Of a DNA stretch of 64,000 bases, positions 38,421-47,682 are shown piece after piece. Origin of the DNA: Patescibacteria group bacterium (GTDB lineage Bacteria; Patescibacteriota; JABMPQ01; JBFLZX01); assembly GCA_040756075.1 (NCBI GenBank), contig JBFLZX010000001.1:28787-92786 (forward strand), given 5' to 3'. Under the pieces are notes generated by a model, which saw nothing but the letters and a program-made list of their open reading frames with translations, made no database searches and was not told where the DNA came from. Position numbers and translations under genes: made by a program. Positions within the stretch are counted from its first letter, which is position 1. Each line of letters opens with the position of its first letter.

Positions 38421-39176
38421 ATGAATCTAAAAAAAAGATTGAAATTAAAGAAGATAACAGTAGGTTCTTGGATAACCATTGGGGATTCTTCTGTGGCAGA
38501 GATTATGGCGAAATCTGATTTTGATTGGCTTGTGGTAGATATGGAGCATAGTGCTATAGAATTAGATGCTGCACAAAAACTTATACGGATTATTGAGCTT
38601 GCTGGTTGCATACCATTGGTTAGGGTAGGAGAGAATAATCCAGCGCTTATAAAACGTGTTATGGATGCAGGTGCGCATGGCGTAGTGGTTCCGATGGTTA
38701 ATAGCAAAGAAGAAGCCATAAGGGCTGTTAGAGCAGTTAAATACCCCCCCGGCGGTATAAGAGGCGTAGGGCTTGCGCGTGCACAAGGCTATGGTATGAG
38801 CTTCGAAAGCTATAAAAATTGGCTTAATCAGAATAGCATAGTAATTGTTCAGATAGAACATATAAATGCGGTTAAGAACCTTCAGCAGATATTAGACGTA
38901 GAGGGAGTGGATGGTTTTATAGTAGGGCCTTATGACCTCTCTGGTTCAATCGGAAAACCAGGAGAATTTAACGATCCCGAAGTAAAGGCTGCTTTAGAAA
39001 GAATAAAAATTGTGGCGGAGCAATTACATAAGCCTTCAGGAATCCACGTTATTCCTCCTGATTATAGAGAGGTAAATAAAAGGATAAAAGAAGGCTATAG
39101 TTTTATTGCATTTAGCCTTGATACATTATTTTTGGGGAAAAGCTGCAGAAATGGGCTTTCTAAAATCACAAGATAA
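38421..39176 (+). CDS. HpcH/HpaI/GarL-family class II pyruvate aldolase
   Basis: GSW, FDWLVVDMEHS, PLVRV, DAGAHGVVVPMV, KYPPGGIRGVG, VQIEH, VGPYDLSGS. Confidence 0.9.
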   Translation: MNLKKRLKLKKITVGSWITIGDSSVAEIMAKSDFDWLVVDMEHSAIELDAAQKLIRIIELAGCIPLVRVGENNPALIKRVMDAGAHGVVVPMVNSKEEAIRAVRAVKYPPGGIRGVGLARAQGYGMSFESYKNWLNQNSIVIVQIEHINAVKNLQQILDVEGVDGFIVGPYDLSGSIGKPGEFNDPEVKAALERIKIVAEQLHKPSGIHVIPPDYREVNKRIKEGYSFIAFSLDTLFLGKSCRNGLSKITR

Positions 39177-39185
39177 AAGGAGAAA

Positions 39186-39968
39186 ATGAATATGAAAATA
39201 GTCGGTTTTATACCTGCTCGTATGGGTTCAAGTCGTTTTCCAGGTAAGCCGCTAGCAGATATTTTAGGAAAAGCGATGATAGAACATGTTTATTATCGTA
39301 GTAAGCTATCAGATAAGCTAGACGACCTTTATATTGCAACGCCTGATAAAGAAATAGAGGACTATTGTCTTAGCAGGGATATAAAAGTTGTAATGACCAG
39401 CCCAGTGCATGAACGCGCTACCGATAGGACTGCCGAGGCAACGCAGAAAATAGAGAATAAAACGAATGAGAAAATAGACATTGTGATACTAATACAAGGC
39501 GATGAGCCTTTGTTATATCCTGAAATGATTAATCTTGCGTTGAAACCACTTATTAATGACAGTAATATTTTGACTTCTAATCTTATGTCGCCATTAAAAT
39601 CAATTGAGGAACAGGAAGATCCCAATGAGGTAAAGGTAGTAGTAGATAAAGATAATTTTGCCCTTTATTTTTCAAGAGAGCCTATACCATCAAGGAAAAA
39701 AGGCGCTAAGAATTTTGTTACAATGAAGCAGGTATGTATTATGCCTTGGAGAAGAGATTTTTTATTTAAATACACCAGCCTTAAGCAGACGCCGCTTGAG
39801 ATAATTGAATCGGTGGATACGCTTAGATGCATTGAGAATGGCTTTAAAGTAAAGATGGTTCCTTGCGATTTTAATACCTATAGTGTTGATACAATTAATG
39901 ATTTGAATAAGGTAAGAGAAATGATGAAGAAAGATAGTTTATTTTTAAAATATAGTAATATAAGGTAA
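39186..39968 (+). CDS. kdsB: 3-deoxy-manno-octulosonate cytidylyltransferase-like (CMP-ulosonate synthetase)
   Basis: IPARMGSSRFPGKPL, TDR, QGDEP, VKVV, ALYFSREPIP, LEIIESVDTLR, VDT. Confidence 0.85.
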   Translation: MNMKIVGFIPARMGSSRFPGKPLADILGKAMIEHVYYRSKLSDKLDDLYIATPDKEIEDYCLSRDIKVVMTSPVHERATDRTAEATQKIENKTNEKIDIVILIQGDEPLLYPEMINLALKPLINDSNILTSNLMSPLKSIEEQEDPNEVKVVVDKDNFALYFSREPIPSRKKGAKNFVTMKQVCIMPWRRDFLFKYTSLKQTPLEIIESVDTLRCIENGFKVKMVPCDFNTYSVDTINDLNKVREMMKKDSLFLKYSNIR

Positions 39969-39972
39969 CTAT

Positions 39973-41478
39973 ATGAGAAAGAAAATTAAAATATTACTCG
40001 TTTATCCAAACATCCCAATGATGTTAGTAACGCCTTTATCAATTGCTATTTTTACTTGGATTTTAAGGCAGGAAGGTTTTGAAGTAGATCTTTTCGATAC
40101 TACTCAATATGGGGAGGGAAATTTAAGTAGCCCACAGAATCGCGTCAAGTACCTTCAGGCGCGCAATATATTTACTGAAAAAAATTTAATACTTTTAAAA
40201 TCTAACAGTATGGAGAATGATTTTAAGTTAAAACTGGAAGCATTTAAACCAGATATTTTACTCTATTCATTTACCGAAGATGCCTTGGGGCGGGCTTTGC
40301 AGCTATTGCGAGTTTCAAATACTTTCAACATACCAACAGTTGTTGGCGGTGTATTAGCAACTGCTGATCCGGATTGGTTAATTTTATTTCCGGAAATTTC
40401 AATGATTGGAGTTGGAGAGGGGGAAGAAGTTGTTAGAGAGTTGGCTTTACGATTATCTCAAGGAAGAGATTTTAACGATATAGCTAATTTATGGATTAAA
40501 TTAAGTAATGGATCTGTATTGCGTAATCCAATCAGGCCCTATGTTAATTTAACCGATTATTTCACAGATTTTTCTCTATTTGATGAAGTTCGTTTTGAGC
40601 GCCCAATGGGAGGTAAAATACACCGTGCTTTGCCGATCGAAACATATAGAGGATGCCCTAATAGCTGTACTTTTTGCAATTCACCGATGCATAACAGGAT
40701 TGCCAAGGAGCATAATTGGGTGTATCTTCGGCGTAAATCAATAGAGTGGATGAGAAAGGAAATAAAACATCTTCTGGATGATTATAACGTAAATCTTTTA
40801 TATTTTATAGACGATAGCTTTTTAGCTAGACCATTAAACGAAATCAAAGATTTTATAGAAATGTATAAAGAATTTCGTGTTCCTTTTTGGTTTAATACCC
40901 GTCCCGAGGATTGCGCTCTGGATATATTAAAAAAACTCAAAGAAGTAGGGCTTTTTAGAGTTTCTTTTGGCGTTGAGTCTGGAAATGCACATTTTCGTGA
41001 AAAATATTTAGGTAGGAGGGTTTCAAATGAAAAATTATTGCATTATTTCAATATTATTAGCGATAGTGGCATCGATTTCAGCATTAATTACATAATAGGC
41101 TTTCCTTTTGAAACGCGCGAAATGGTTTTTGATAGTATACGTCTCGCTAAGCAGATAAAGGGATACGATTCTATTACTGTAAGTATTTTTACCCCTTATA
41201 GGGGGACGATTTTACGGCAGGCAGCAATAGAAGCCGGATGGCTTGATCCTGACGCTTTAACAACACATACCACCGCTAGTTCAATATTTAAGATGCCTTT
41301 ATTTACATCACGGCAAATAGATGGTCTTATACGGACATTTCCTTTATATGTTGAGTTTGAAGAATCTCTTTGGGCTGAAATAGGAAAGGCAGAGATGTTT
41401 GAGCCTGGAGGAGAAGAGATATTGGCTAAATATTCAGAATTATATAAAAAACGTAGGTGGGAGAAAAAGAGAGCATAG
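39973..41478 (+). CDS. Cobalamin-binding-type radical SAM protein
   Basis: FDTT, VGGVLAT, GEGE, YRGCPNSCTFC, DDSF, GVESG, IIGFPFET, PYRGT. Confidence 0.88.
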   Translation: MRKKIKILLVYPNIPMMLVTPLSIAIFTWILRQEGFEVDLFDTTQYGEGNLSSPQNRVKYLQARNIFTEKNLILLKSNSMENDFKLKLEAFKPDILLYSFTEDALGRALQLLRVSNTFNIPTVVGGVLATADPDWLILFPEISMIGVGEGEEVVRELALRLSQGRDFNDIANLWIKLSNGSVLRNPIRPYVNLTDYFTDFSLFDEVRFERPMGGKIHRALPIETYRGCPNSCTFCNSPMHNRIAKEHNWVYLRRKSIEWMRKEIKHLLDDYNVNLLYFIDDSFLARPLNEIKDFIEMYKEFRVPFWFNTRPEDCALDILKKLKEVGLFRVSFGVESGNAHFREKYLGRRVSNEKLLHYFNIISDSGIDFSINYIIGFPFETREMVFDSIRLAKQIKGYDSITVSIFTPYRGTILRQAAIEAGWLDPDALTTHTTASSIFKMPLFTSRQIDGLIRTFPLYVEFEESLWAEIGKAEMFEPGGEEILAKYSELYKKRRWEKKRA

Positions 41479-41479
41479 G

Positions 41480-42391
41480 ATGAAAATATTAATCACTGTA
41501 TCTAGTTTCGGAAAATATGACCAGACTCCTTTGAATATAATAAAAAAACGTGGTTATGAAATTAAGCTTAATCCTTATGGAAGAAAACTGACTAAGGAAG
41601 AAACGATATCACTTTATCAAGATGATGTATGTGGAGTTATCGCGGGCCTTGAGATAATAGATAAAGAAGTTATTAATAATGCTAGTAAGCTTAAGGTTAT
41701 ATCTCGTTGCGGGACAGGTATCGATAACATTGATATAAAAGAGGCTAAGCGCAAAAGGATCAAAATTTATAATACTCCAGATTCACCATCGGATGCAGTA
41801 GCAGAATTAACTACTTGTTTAATATTAGCTTTATTGCGTCAGGTGACATTAACAGATAGAGAAATACGGCGCCATGAATGGAATAAACGCATAGGATCGC
41901 TTCTTAAGGGGAAGAAAATAGGTATTATTGGCATGGGGAAAATAGGTCGAAAGGTTGCTAAGATAATCGAGGTATTCGATACGGATATTTTCTATTATGA
42001 CCCCAATGTTAATATTCATAAATATAAAAAGGTAAGTTTGAATAAATTATTAGAAGCAGCAGATATTGTTAGTCTTCATGCAGCATATTTAAAGAAGAAT
42101 AAGCATCTGATAGGCAAGAGGGAAATAGAGAAGATGAAAAAAGATTCTTTTTTAATTAATTGTTCCAGAGGTGAAATAGTAGATGAATGCGCTCTTTATT
42201 CAGCTCTTAAAAGAGGCGCATTAAAAGGAGCGGGTTTAGATGTATATGCAGATGAGCCTTATCATGGGCCATTTGCAGAGCTAGATAACGTTATTCTTAC
42301 GCCCCATATAGGTTCTTATACTAAGGAAACGCGTATCCAGATGGAGATAGAATCTGCGAAAAACTTATTAAAAGGCATGGGTAATGGTTAA
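41480..42391 (+). CDS. D-2-hydroxyacid dehydrogenase (phosphoglycerate dehydrogenase-like, no ACT domain)
   Basis: ISRCGTGIDNID, AVAEL, GIIGMGKIG, INCSRG, LDVYADEP, TPHIGS. Start set at ATG 41480 (track gives 41399). Confidence 0.88.
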   Translation: MKILITVSSFGKYDQTPLNIIKKRGYEIKLNPYGRKLTKEETISLYQDDVCGVIAGLEIIDKEVINNASKLKVISRCGTGIDNIDIKEAKRKRIKIYNTPDSPSDAVAELTTCLILALLRQVTLTDREIRRHEWNKRIGSLLKGKKIGIIGMGKIGRKVAKIIEVFDTDIFYYDPNVNIHKYKKVSLNKLLEAADIVSLHAAYLKKNKHLIGKREIEKMKKDSFLINCSRGEIVDECALYSALKRGALKGAGLDVYADEPYHGPFAELDNVILTPHIGSYTKETRIQMEIESAKNLLKGMGNG

Positions 42392-43052
42392 ATATAAATT
42401 TTTATCTCATAAAATAGAAAAATATATGCCGTCTTATGGCAAAATAGATAGGGTGTGGACAAGGAGAACGAAGTCGATTCAAAAAGGGGATTCCTGCAAT
42501 ACTTTTGAGATAAGAATACCTAATCATATAGGGACGCATGTCGATGCCCCAGCTCATTTTTTTGAATCTGCTTTAAAAATATCAGATTTTTCTGCTAGGG
42601 AATGCATATTTAATGATCCCTATATTTTAAATTGCTCTTTAAAAAATAATGAACTTTTAGACATTCGACATCTAAAAAATATTCCCAAAAAAAAGATTGA
42701 TATTTTACTTTTTAAGACTAATTTTCAGAAATTTAGAGGCCAAGATGTATATTTTTTAAATAATCCTGGTATTTCTTATGAAGTGCCATTATGGTTAAAG
42801 AAAAATTTTCCTTCGATTAAAGCCATAGGTATTGATTTTGTATCTATATCATGTTTTAAAAGAAGGAAAACTCTGCAGGGAGTTTATGCCCACAGGGCCT
42901 TCCTTAATCCAAAATCATCCCGTTCAATATTAATCATTGAAGATATGGACTTATCAGGTAAATTGCAGAATTTAAAACAAGTAATTATCTCACCATTTAG
43001 GTTTACAGAGATAGATAGCTCTTTTTGTACTATTATCGGTATTTTTAAATGA
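42384..43052 (+). CDS. Cyclase-family metal hydrolase (kynurenine formamidase KynB-like)
   Basis: HIGTHVDAPAH signature (HxGTHxDxPxH), NPG, IGID, IIED. Confidence 0.85.
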   Translation: MVKYKFLSHKIEKYMPSYGKIDRVWTRRTKSIQKGDSCNTFEIRIPNHIGTHVDAPAHFFESALKISDFSARECIFNDPYILNCSLKNNELLDIRHLKNIPKKKIDILLFKTNFQKFRGQDVYFLNNPGISYEVPLWLKKNFPSIKAIGIDFVSISCFKRRKTLQGVYAHRAFLNPKSSRSILIIEDMDLSGKLQNLKQVIISPFRFTEIDSSFCTIIGIFK

Positions 43053-43702
43053 TAAGAACTATTATTTTTGATTTTGATGGCGTTATTGCGGAATCAGTTG
43101 ATATTAAAACAAGAGCTTTTATATATTTATTTAAAGATTATCATAAAAGCATTCAAGATAAAGTAAAAAAATTACACCTTAATAATGGAGGAATGTCTAG
43201 GTACAAAAAGTTTAAAATTATATATGAAAAATTTTTGAATAAGCGGCTCGATAAAATTACTTCTAATCGACTAGGGAAAGATTTTTCGCGTTTTTGCTAT
43301 CAGGGAGTTATTAAAGCGCCGCTTGTTAAGGGCGCAAAGCAATTTCTTAAAAAATCATATAAGAAATATAATTTGTATATTGTATCTGGTACGCCGGAAT
43401 CAGAGATAAAAAGAATCATTAAAGAAAAAGGCCTTAGCCGCTATTTTCGGAGTGTTTATGGTTCGCCGAAATATAAGGGAGAACTTTGTAAGGCGATAAT
43501 AAGAAAAGATAAGATTTTACCTCGAGAGGCTGTTTTTATCGGCGATTCAGTTAATGATTTAAAGGGTGCAATGGAAGCTGGATTATATTTTGTTGCTAGG
43601 GTGATAAATAGAAATAACCCTCTTTTAAGATTGAGGCCAAAATATAAGTTGAAGGATTTATGTAATCTTAAAAGAGTTATAATAAAATTAAATAGGGAGT
43701 AA
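43049..43702 (+). CDS. HAD-superfamily phosphatase
   Basis: FDFDGVI (DxD), IVSGT, GSPK, FIGDSVND. Confidence 0.88.
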   Translation: MIRTIIFDFDGVIAESVDIKTRAFIYLFKDYHKSIQDKVKKLHLNNGGMSRYKKFKIIYEKFLNKRLDKITSNRLGKDFSRFCYQGVIKAPLVKGAKQFLKKSYKKYNLYIVSGTPESEIKRIIKEKGLSRYFRSVYGSPKYKGELCKAIIRKDKILPREAVFIGDSVNDLKGAMEAGLYFVARVINRNNPLLRLRPKYKLKDLCNLKRVIIKLNRE

Positions 43703-43708
43703 CATATT

Positions 43709-44614
43709 ATGAAAGCGACTGTTTTTGGAGGGGCGGGTTTTTTAGGTAGGCATATTGTTAATAAACTATCAAAAATGGGTTATTTTATAAAAGTTTTGGA
43801 TACTAATACCTCAAATAGAATTAATGCAAAAAATATTGAATACATAAAAGGAAGCATCTTAGATGATAAGGCAATAAAAAAAGCATTAGAGGGTAGTAAT
43901 GTAGTTTTCCATTTAGCGGCTTTAGCTGATATCGATAGGTCATCAAAGGAGCCGATAAATACTATAGATATCAATATCGGCGGGCTTGTAAGGTGTCTTG
44001 ATGCGGCAAGTAAATTAGGGGTAAAAAGGTTTATTTATGCTAGCTCTGTTTATGTCACAGGGACTATGGGTTCATTTTATAGAGTATCTAAGCTTGCCGG
44101 AGAAGAGTTGTGTAAGGTTTATCATGAAGAATATGGTTTACCGTATAGCATAGTAAGATACGGTTCTTTGTATGGGGAAGATGCTAATGAATGGAATTTT
44201 ATCAGTAGGATATGCAAACAACTTATAGAGAATAAAAAGTATGTGTATTATGGCAATGGTAAAGAGATCAGAGAGTTTATTCATATTGTCGATGCGGCAG
44301 AAGGAAGTATTAAAGTGAGCAGGGATGAAAAATTTGAGAATAAGACAGTACTTATAACGGGTCATCAAAAGATGAACATGGAAGAGTTTTTTGAGCTTGT
44401 AAAGGAAATTATGAATGGCGAAATTGAAATAAGATATTCGATGGATATTGAGTATCGAGAAAGGCATTATAATGTTACACCATACAGATTTCAACCAGAA
44501 GTGCCTCTTAGGATAAATATGGATCAATACATAGATATAAATGAAGGTATAATTGCGTGCTTGGCAAAAGCAAAAGAGAATTTAGAGAGTAGATATGAAA
44601 AAAAAACAGTATAA
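43709..44614 (+). CDS. NAD-dependent epimerase/dehydratase
   Basis: FGGAGFLG, HLAA, YASSVYV, FYRVSK (YxxxK), RYGSLYG, REFIHIVDAA. Confidence 0.85.
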   Translation: MKATVFGGAGFLGRHIVNKLSKMGYFIKVLDTNTSNRINAKNIEYIKGSILDDKAIKKALEGSNVVFHLAALADIDRSSKEPINTIDINIGGLVRCLDAASKLGVKRFIYASSVYVTGTMGSFYRVSKLAGEELCKVYHEEYGLPYSIVRYGSLYGEDANEWNFISRICKQLIENKKYVYYGNGKEIREFIHIVDAAEGSIKVSRDEKFENKTVLITGHQKMNMEEFFELVKEIMNGEIEIRYSMDIEYRERHYNVTPYRFQPEVPLRINMDQYIDINEGIIACLAKAKENLESRYEKKTV

Positions 44615-45953
44615 AATAATTTTTTTAGCCCATTCCAATAATGACATAGACCATTTTTTGCCAATAATAAACGGTTTAAATAAGCAAACTATATTTAACC
44701 CTGAAATACTTTTTTTGAGATTCGAAGAAGAGGCTGTAAGCAATAGACTGCATAAAGAATTAATTAAAAATCTTTCAGTTGGTAAGCGGTCTGCTTCCGA
44801 TTTCTTAGAATGGCCTTTTATTTCCAGGATCCTATTCTTTATTATGAAGTATTGTTATATACGGACGAAAGGCAGAACTCTAAAAGATTTTATTAGAGGA
44901 AAAGATATAGTAAGAATTTTTTATAAGGGAGTGTATATATTACTCGATAGACTATTAAAGAGATATTGCGAACAATTATTTACCGTAGCGGCTATTAATA
45001 AAATAATGCAGAAGATTGCGCCAGATCTTGTATTAATCGATCCACAGCTTATTCAATTAGTACCTCCATTTTCAGATTTAAGATCTTATTTATCATCACA
45101 GATAGTTCAGGCTTGTAAATATAAGAGGATACCGGTTTTTATGGTATCCCATGGGGTAGAAATAATGTATGTAACACATAAAGACCACAAAATTGATGAA
45201 GCCCTAGTTTATAAACCGGATGTTTTTGGCTTGTGTAATGATAAAGATGATTTAGGTGTTAACGGGATTATCAGTAATAATGTTAGAAAAGTAATTTTGG
45301 GAGATTTAAGGTATGATAGGCGCTGGGTTGAAATACTAGAGTCTACAGCAAAAAAGATTTATAACATAAATAAACCTATTGAGAAAATTATCATCCTTTA
45401 CTTAGTAGGAAATCTTAGATTCTTGAATGATAAAAAATATGAAAAAGATATTCATAAAGACATAATATCCATACTTGATAATTATAGAAATGTAGAATTA
45501 TGGATAAAAATGCATCCTCGCGTTATAGAAGATATTGATGTGGGCGTAGCGATTAATAAGGACATATCATCAAGGATAAAGATATTTAGGAATGAGATTG
45601 ATACCAATGCATTGATACCGCATGCCGATATTTTTATATCTACTTTTTCGGGTGTTCTTTTTCAGGGTATAATGAAAAAGAAGCCGGTTATTTTCTATCA
45701 AAGATGGAGAGAACGCATGGATCATCCTATAAAAACTATTTTTGATGACAGTTACTATGTCATAAAGGCGATGAATAACGAACAGTTAAAAGAAAGTATA
45801 GCAGCTATTTTAAATTTAAAGCATATTGATGATGAAGAAGCCGATAGATTTTATAGACAGGCTGTTTGCGGCGGTATAGCAAGAGACGGCAATATTATAA
45901 ATAATTATGTAGATGAAATAAGAAATATAGTTTTAGAAAGGGCAAATGGTTAA
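44595..45953 (+). CDS. Hypothetical GT-B-like protein, possible CMP-ulosonate transferase
   Basis: NDIDHFLP, VSHG, LGDLRYD, WIKMHPR (HP motif), STFSG..KKPVI; context after the KdsB module. Confidence 0.45.
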   Translation: MKKKQYKIIFLAHSNNDIDHFLPIINGLNKQTIFNPEILFLRFEEEAVSNRLHKELIKNLSVGKRSASDFLEWPFISRILFFIMKYCYIRTKGRTLKDFIRGKDIVRIFYKGVYILLDRLLKRYCEQLFTVAAINKIMQKIAPDLVLIDPQLIQLVPPFSDLRSYLSSQIVQACKYKRIPVFMVSHGVEIMYVTHKDHKIDEALVYKPDVFGLCNDKDDLGVNGIISNNVRKVILGDLRYDRRWVEILESTAKKIYNINKPIEKIIILYLVGNLRFLNDKKYEKDIHKDIISILDNYRNVELWIKMHPRVIEDIDVGVAINKDISSRIKIFRNEIDTNALIPHADIFISTFSGVLFQGIMKKKPVIFYQRWRERMDHPIKTIFDDSYYVIKAMNNEQLKESIAAILNLKHIDDEEADRFYRQAVCGGIARDGNIINNYVDEIRNIVLERANG

Positions 45954-46728
45954 GGAAGATATCGCAGAAATAACAAAAGAAGCATGGGTTAATAATTGGA
46001 AGGAGCACAGTGTTAAAGAAGTTCTACAAATATTCGAATATACTCGTGTTCAAAGATTGCTTAGTATAATGAAGCTAACTCTTCCTAAAGACGGCAGTAT
46101 AATCGAAGGAGGATGCGGCCTTGGGCCGTGGGTGATAAAATTAAGAGAACTAGGTTATGATATGGTAGGGATTGATTATGATGCCATATCAATTAATAAA
46201 TTAGGAGTTTATGATAAAAAAATTCCTTTAGCTGTCTCAGATATCGAAAATATCCCATTTAAAAACAGTCATTTTGTTGCGTATATATCCTTAGGGGTAT
46301 TAGAGCATTTTCATGAAGGACCGGAAAAGGCGATTAGCGAGGCCCAACGTATTTTAAAACCAGGAGGGCTATTTTTTGTAGTGGTGCCTAATATGAGCAT
46401 TCTTCTTAGATTAAAACTGCCTATACAAAAAGTTAAGCAGATTAAAATTTTGAGAAAAATATTCAGAAAAAAACAAAAAATATTTTATTATGAGCGTTAT
46501 TTTAAAATAAATGAAATCAAGCACCTATTAGAAAAATCTAACTTTGATGTTATGCGTATTTTTCCATTCGATCATATTTTTAGTTTTGTTTCTTTTTCGA
46601 GTGTATTTAGAAAAAAAGGGACCTATGATGGCGAAAATAACCTTGCGATTAAGTTTGCCGATTTTTTTAGCAAGATTTTGCCTTGGCAGACAGCCGGATC
46701 AATTATATTAATCGCAAAAAAAACATAA
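45946..46728 (+). CDS. Class I SAM-dependent methyltransferase
   Basis: IEGGCGLG, GID, DIENIPF, GVLEHF, RILKPGG. Confidence 0.87.
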   Translation: MVKEDIAEITKEAWVNNWKEHSVKEVLQIFEYTRVQRLLSIMKLTLPKDGSIIEGGCGLGPWVIKLRELGYDMVGIDYDAISINKLGVYDKKIPLAVSDIENIPFKNSHFVAYISLGVLEHFHEGPEKAISEAQRILKPGGLFFVVVPNMSILLRLKLPIQKVKQIKILRKIFRKKQKIFYYERYFKINEIKHLLEKSNFDVMRIFPFDHIFSFVSFSSVFRKKGTYDGENNLAIKFADFFSKILPWQTAGSIILIAKKT

Positions 46729-46740
46729 AAGGGGATAAAA

Positions 46741-47682
46741 ATGAAACTTATAATTCAAATACCTTGTTATAACGAAGAAAAAACACTTCCTTTGGTTATT
46801 AACGCATTACCTAAGCAAATTAATGGCATAGACAAAATTGAAGTTTTAATTATTAATGATGGCAGCACAGATAATACGATAAATATTGCAGGGAACCTTG
46901 GTGTTGCTCATGTATTAGATTTACCTCATAGGGGCTTAGCTGAGGCATTTAGGAGGGGATTAGAAAAATGCCTTATTCTTGGCGCAGACATTATAGTTAA
47001 TACAGATGGGGATAATCAATATAAAGGAGAAGATATTCCGCGTTTAATAGAACCTATTTTAAAAAGGAAAGCAGATATGGTGATAGGATGTAGGAATATT
47101 TTAGCAATCAAACATTTTTCTTATCTTAAAAAATTACTACAAAAAATTGGCAGTTATTTTGTAAGAAAGTTTTCTGCAACTAAGATTCCTGATGTAACTA
47201 GCGGTTTTAGGGCATATTCACGAAATGCCGCCTTAAGGCTGAATATATTTTCTAGCTATACCTATACATTAGAAACAATAATTCAAGCCGGGAAGAAACA
47301 AATTCCCATGTCTTTTATAAAAATAGATACTAATGGAAAACTGAGGGAATCAAGATTAATAAAAAATATATTTTTTTATATATTAAGGTCAATAGCTACA
47401 ATTTTGCGTATTTATCTCATGTACGAACCTATGCGCTTTTTTATAAAAATAGGTTCAATTTTTATATTAGGCTTCGCTTTAATAGGTGCCCGGTATTTAT
47501 ATTTTTTCTTTTTTGGGCTTAAGCGCAGTGGCCATTTGCAATCTCTTATTTTGGCTGCAGTGTTTGTAATCATAGGTGTTCAACTTGTTTTTATTGGATT
47601 TTTAGCAGATATCATCGCAGCAAATAGAAAATTATTAGAAGAAATTCTTTATAGACAAAGAAAAGAACAGTTTAAAAATTAG
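46741..47682 (+). CDS. GT2 polyprenyl-phosphate glycosyltransferase with two C-terminal TMs
   Basis: IQIPCYNEE, INDGSTD, NTDGDNQY, DVTSGFRAYSR, YTYTLET, RESRL; C-terminal TM pair. Confidence 0.88.
   Translation: MKLIIQIPCYNEEKTLPLVINALPKQINGIDKIEVLIINDGSTDNTINIAGNLGVAHVLDLPHRGLAEAFRRGLEKCLILGADIIVNTDGDNQYKGEDIPRLIEPILKRKADMVIGCRNILAIKHFSYLKKLLQKIGSYFVRKFSATKIPDVTSGFRAYSRNAALRLNIFSSYTYTLETIIQAGKKQIPMSFIKIDTNGKLRESRLIKNIFFYILRSIATILRIYLMYEPMRFFIKIGSIFILGFALIGARYLYFFFFGLKRSGHLQSLILAAVFVIIGVQLVFIGFLADIIAANRKLLEEILYRQRKEQFKN

Noticed and set aside
38744-38750. C7 homopolymer (also G6 at 34335-34340 and several A8/T8 runs) as phase-variation tracts
   Set aside because: The tracts are short. The C run encodes the conserved YPPxG motif in frame, A/T runs are expected at this composition, and no frameshifted genes were seen.
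41480-42391. serA of serine biosynthesis
   Set aside because: No ACT domain, and it is embedded in a sugar-acid module; better called a generic D-2-hydroxyacid dehydrogenase.
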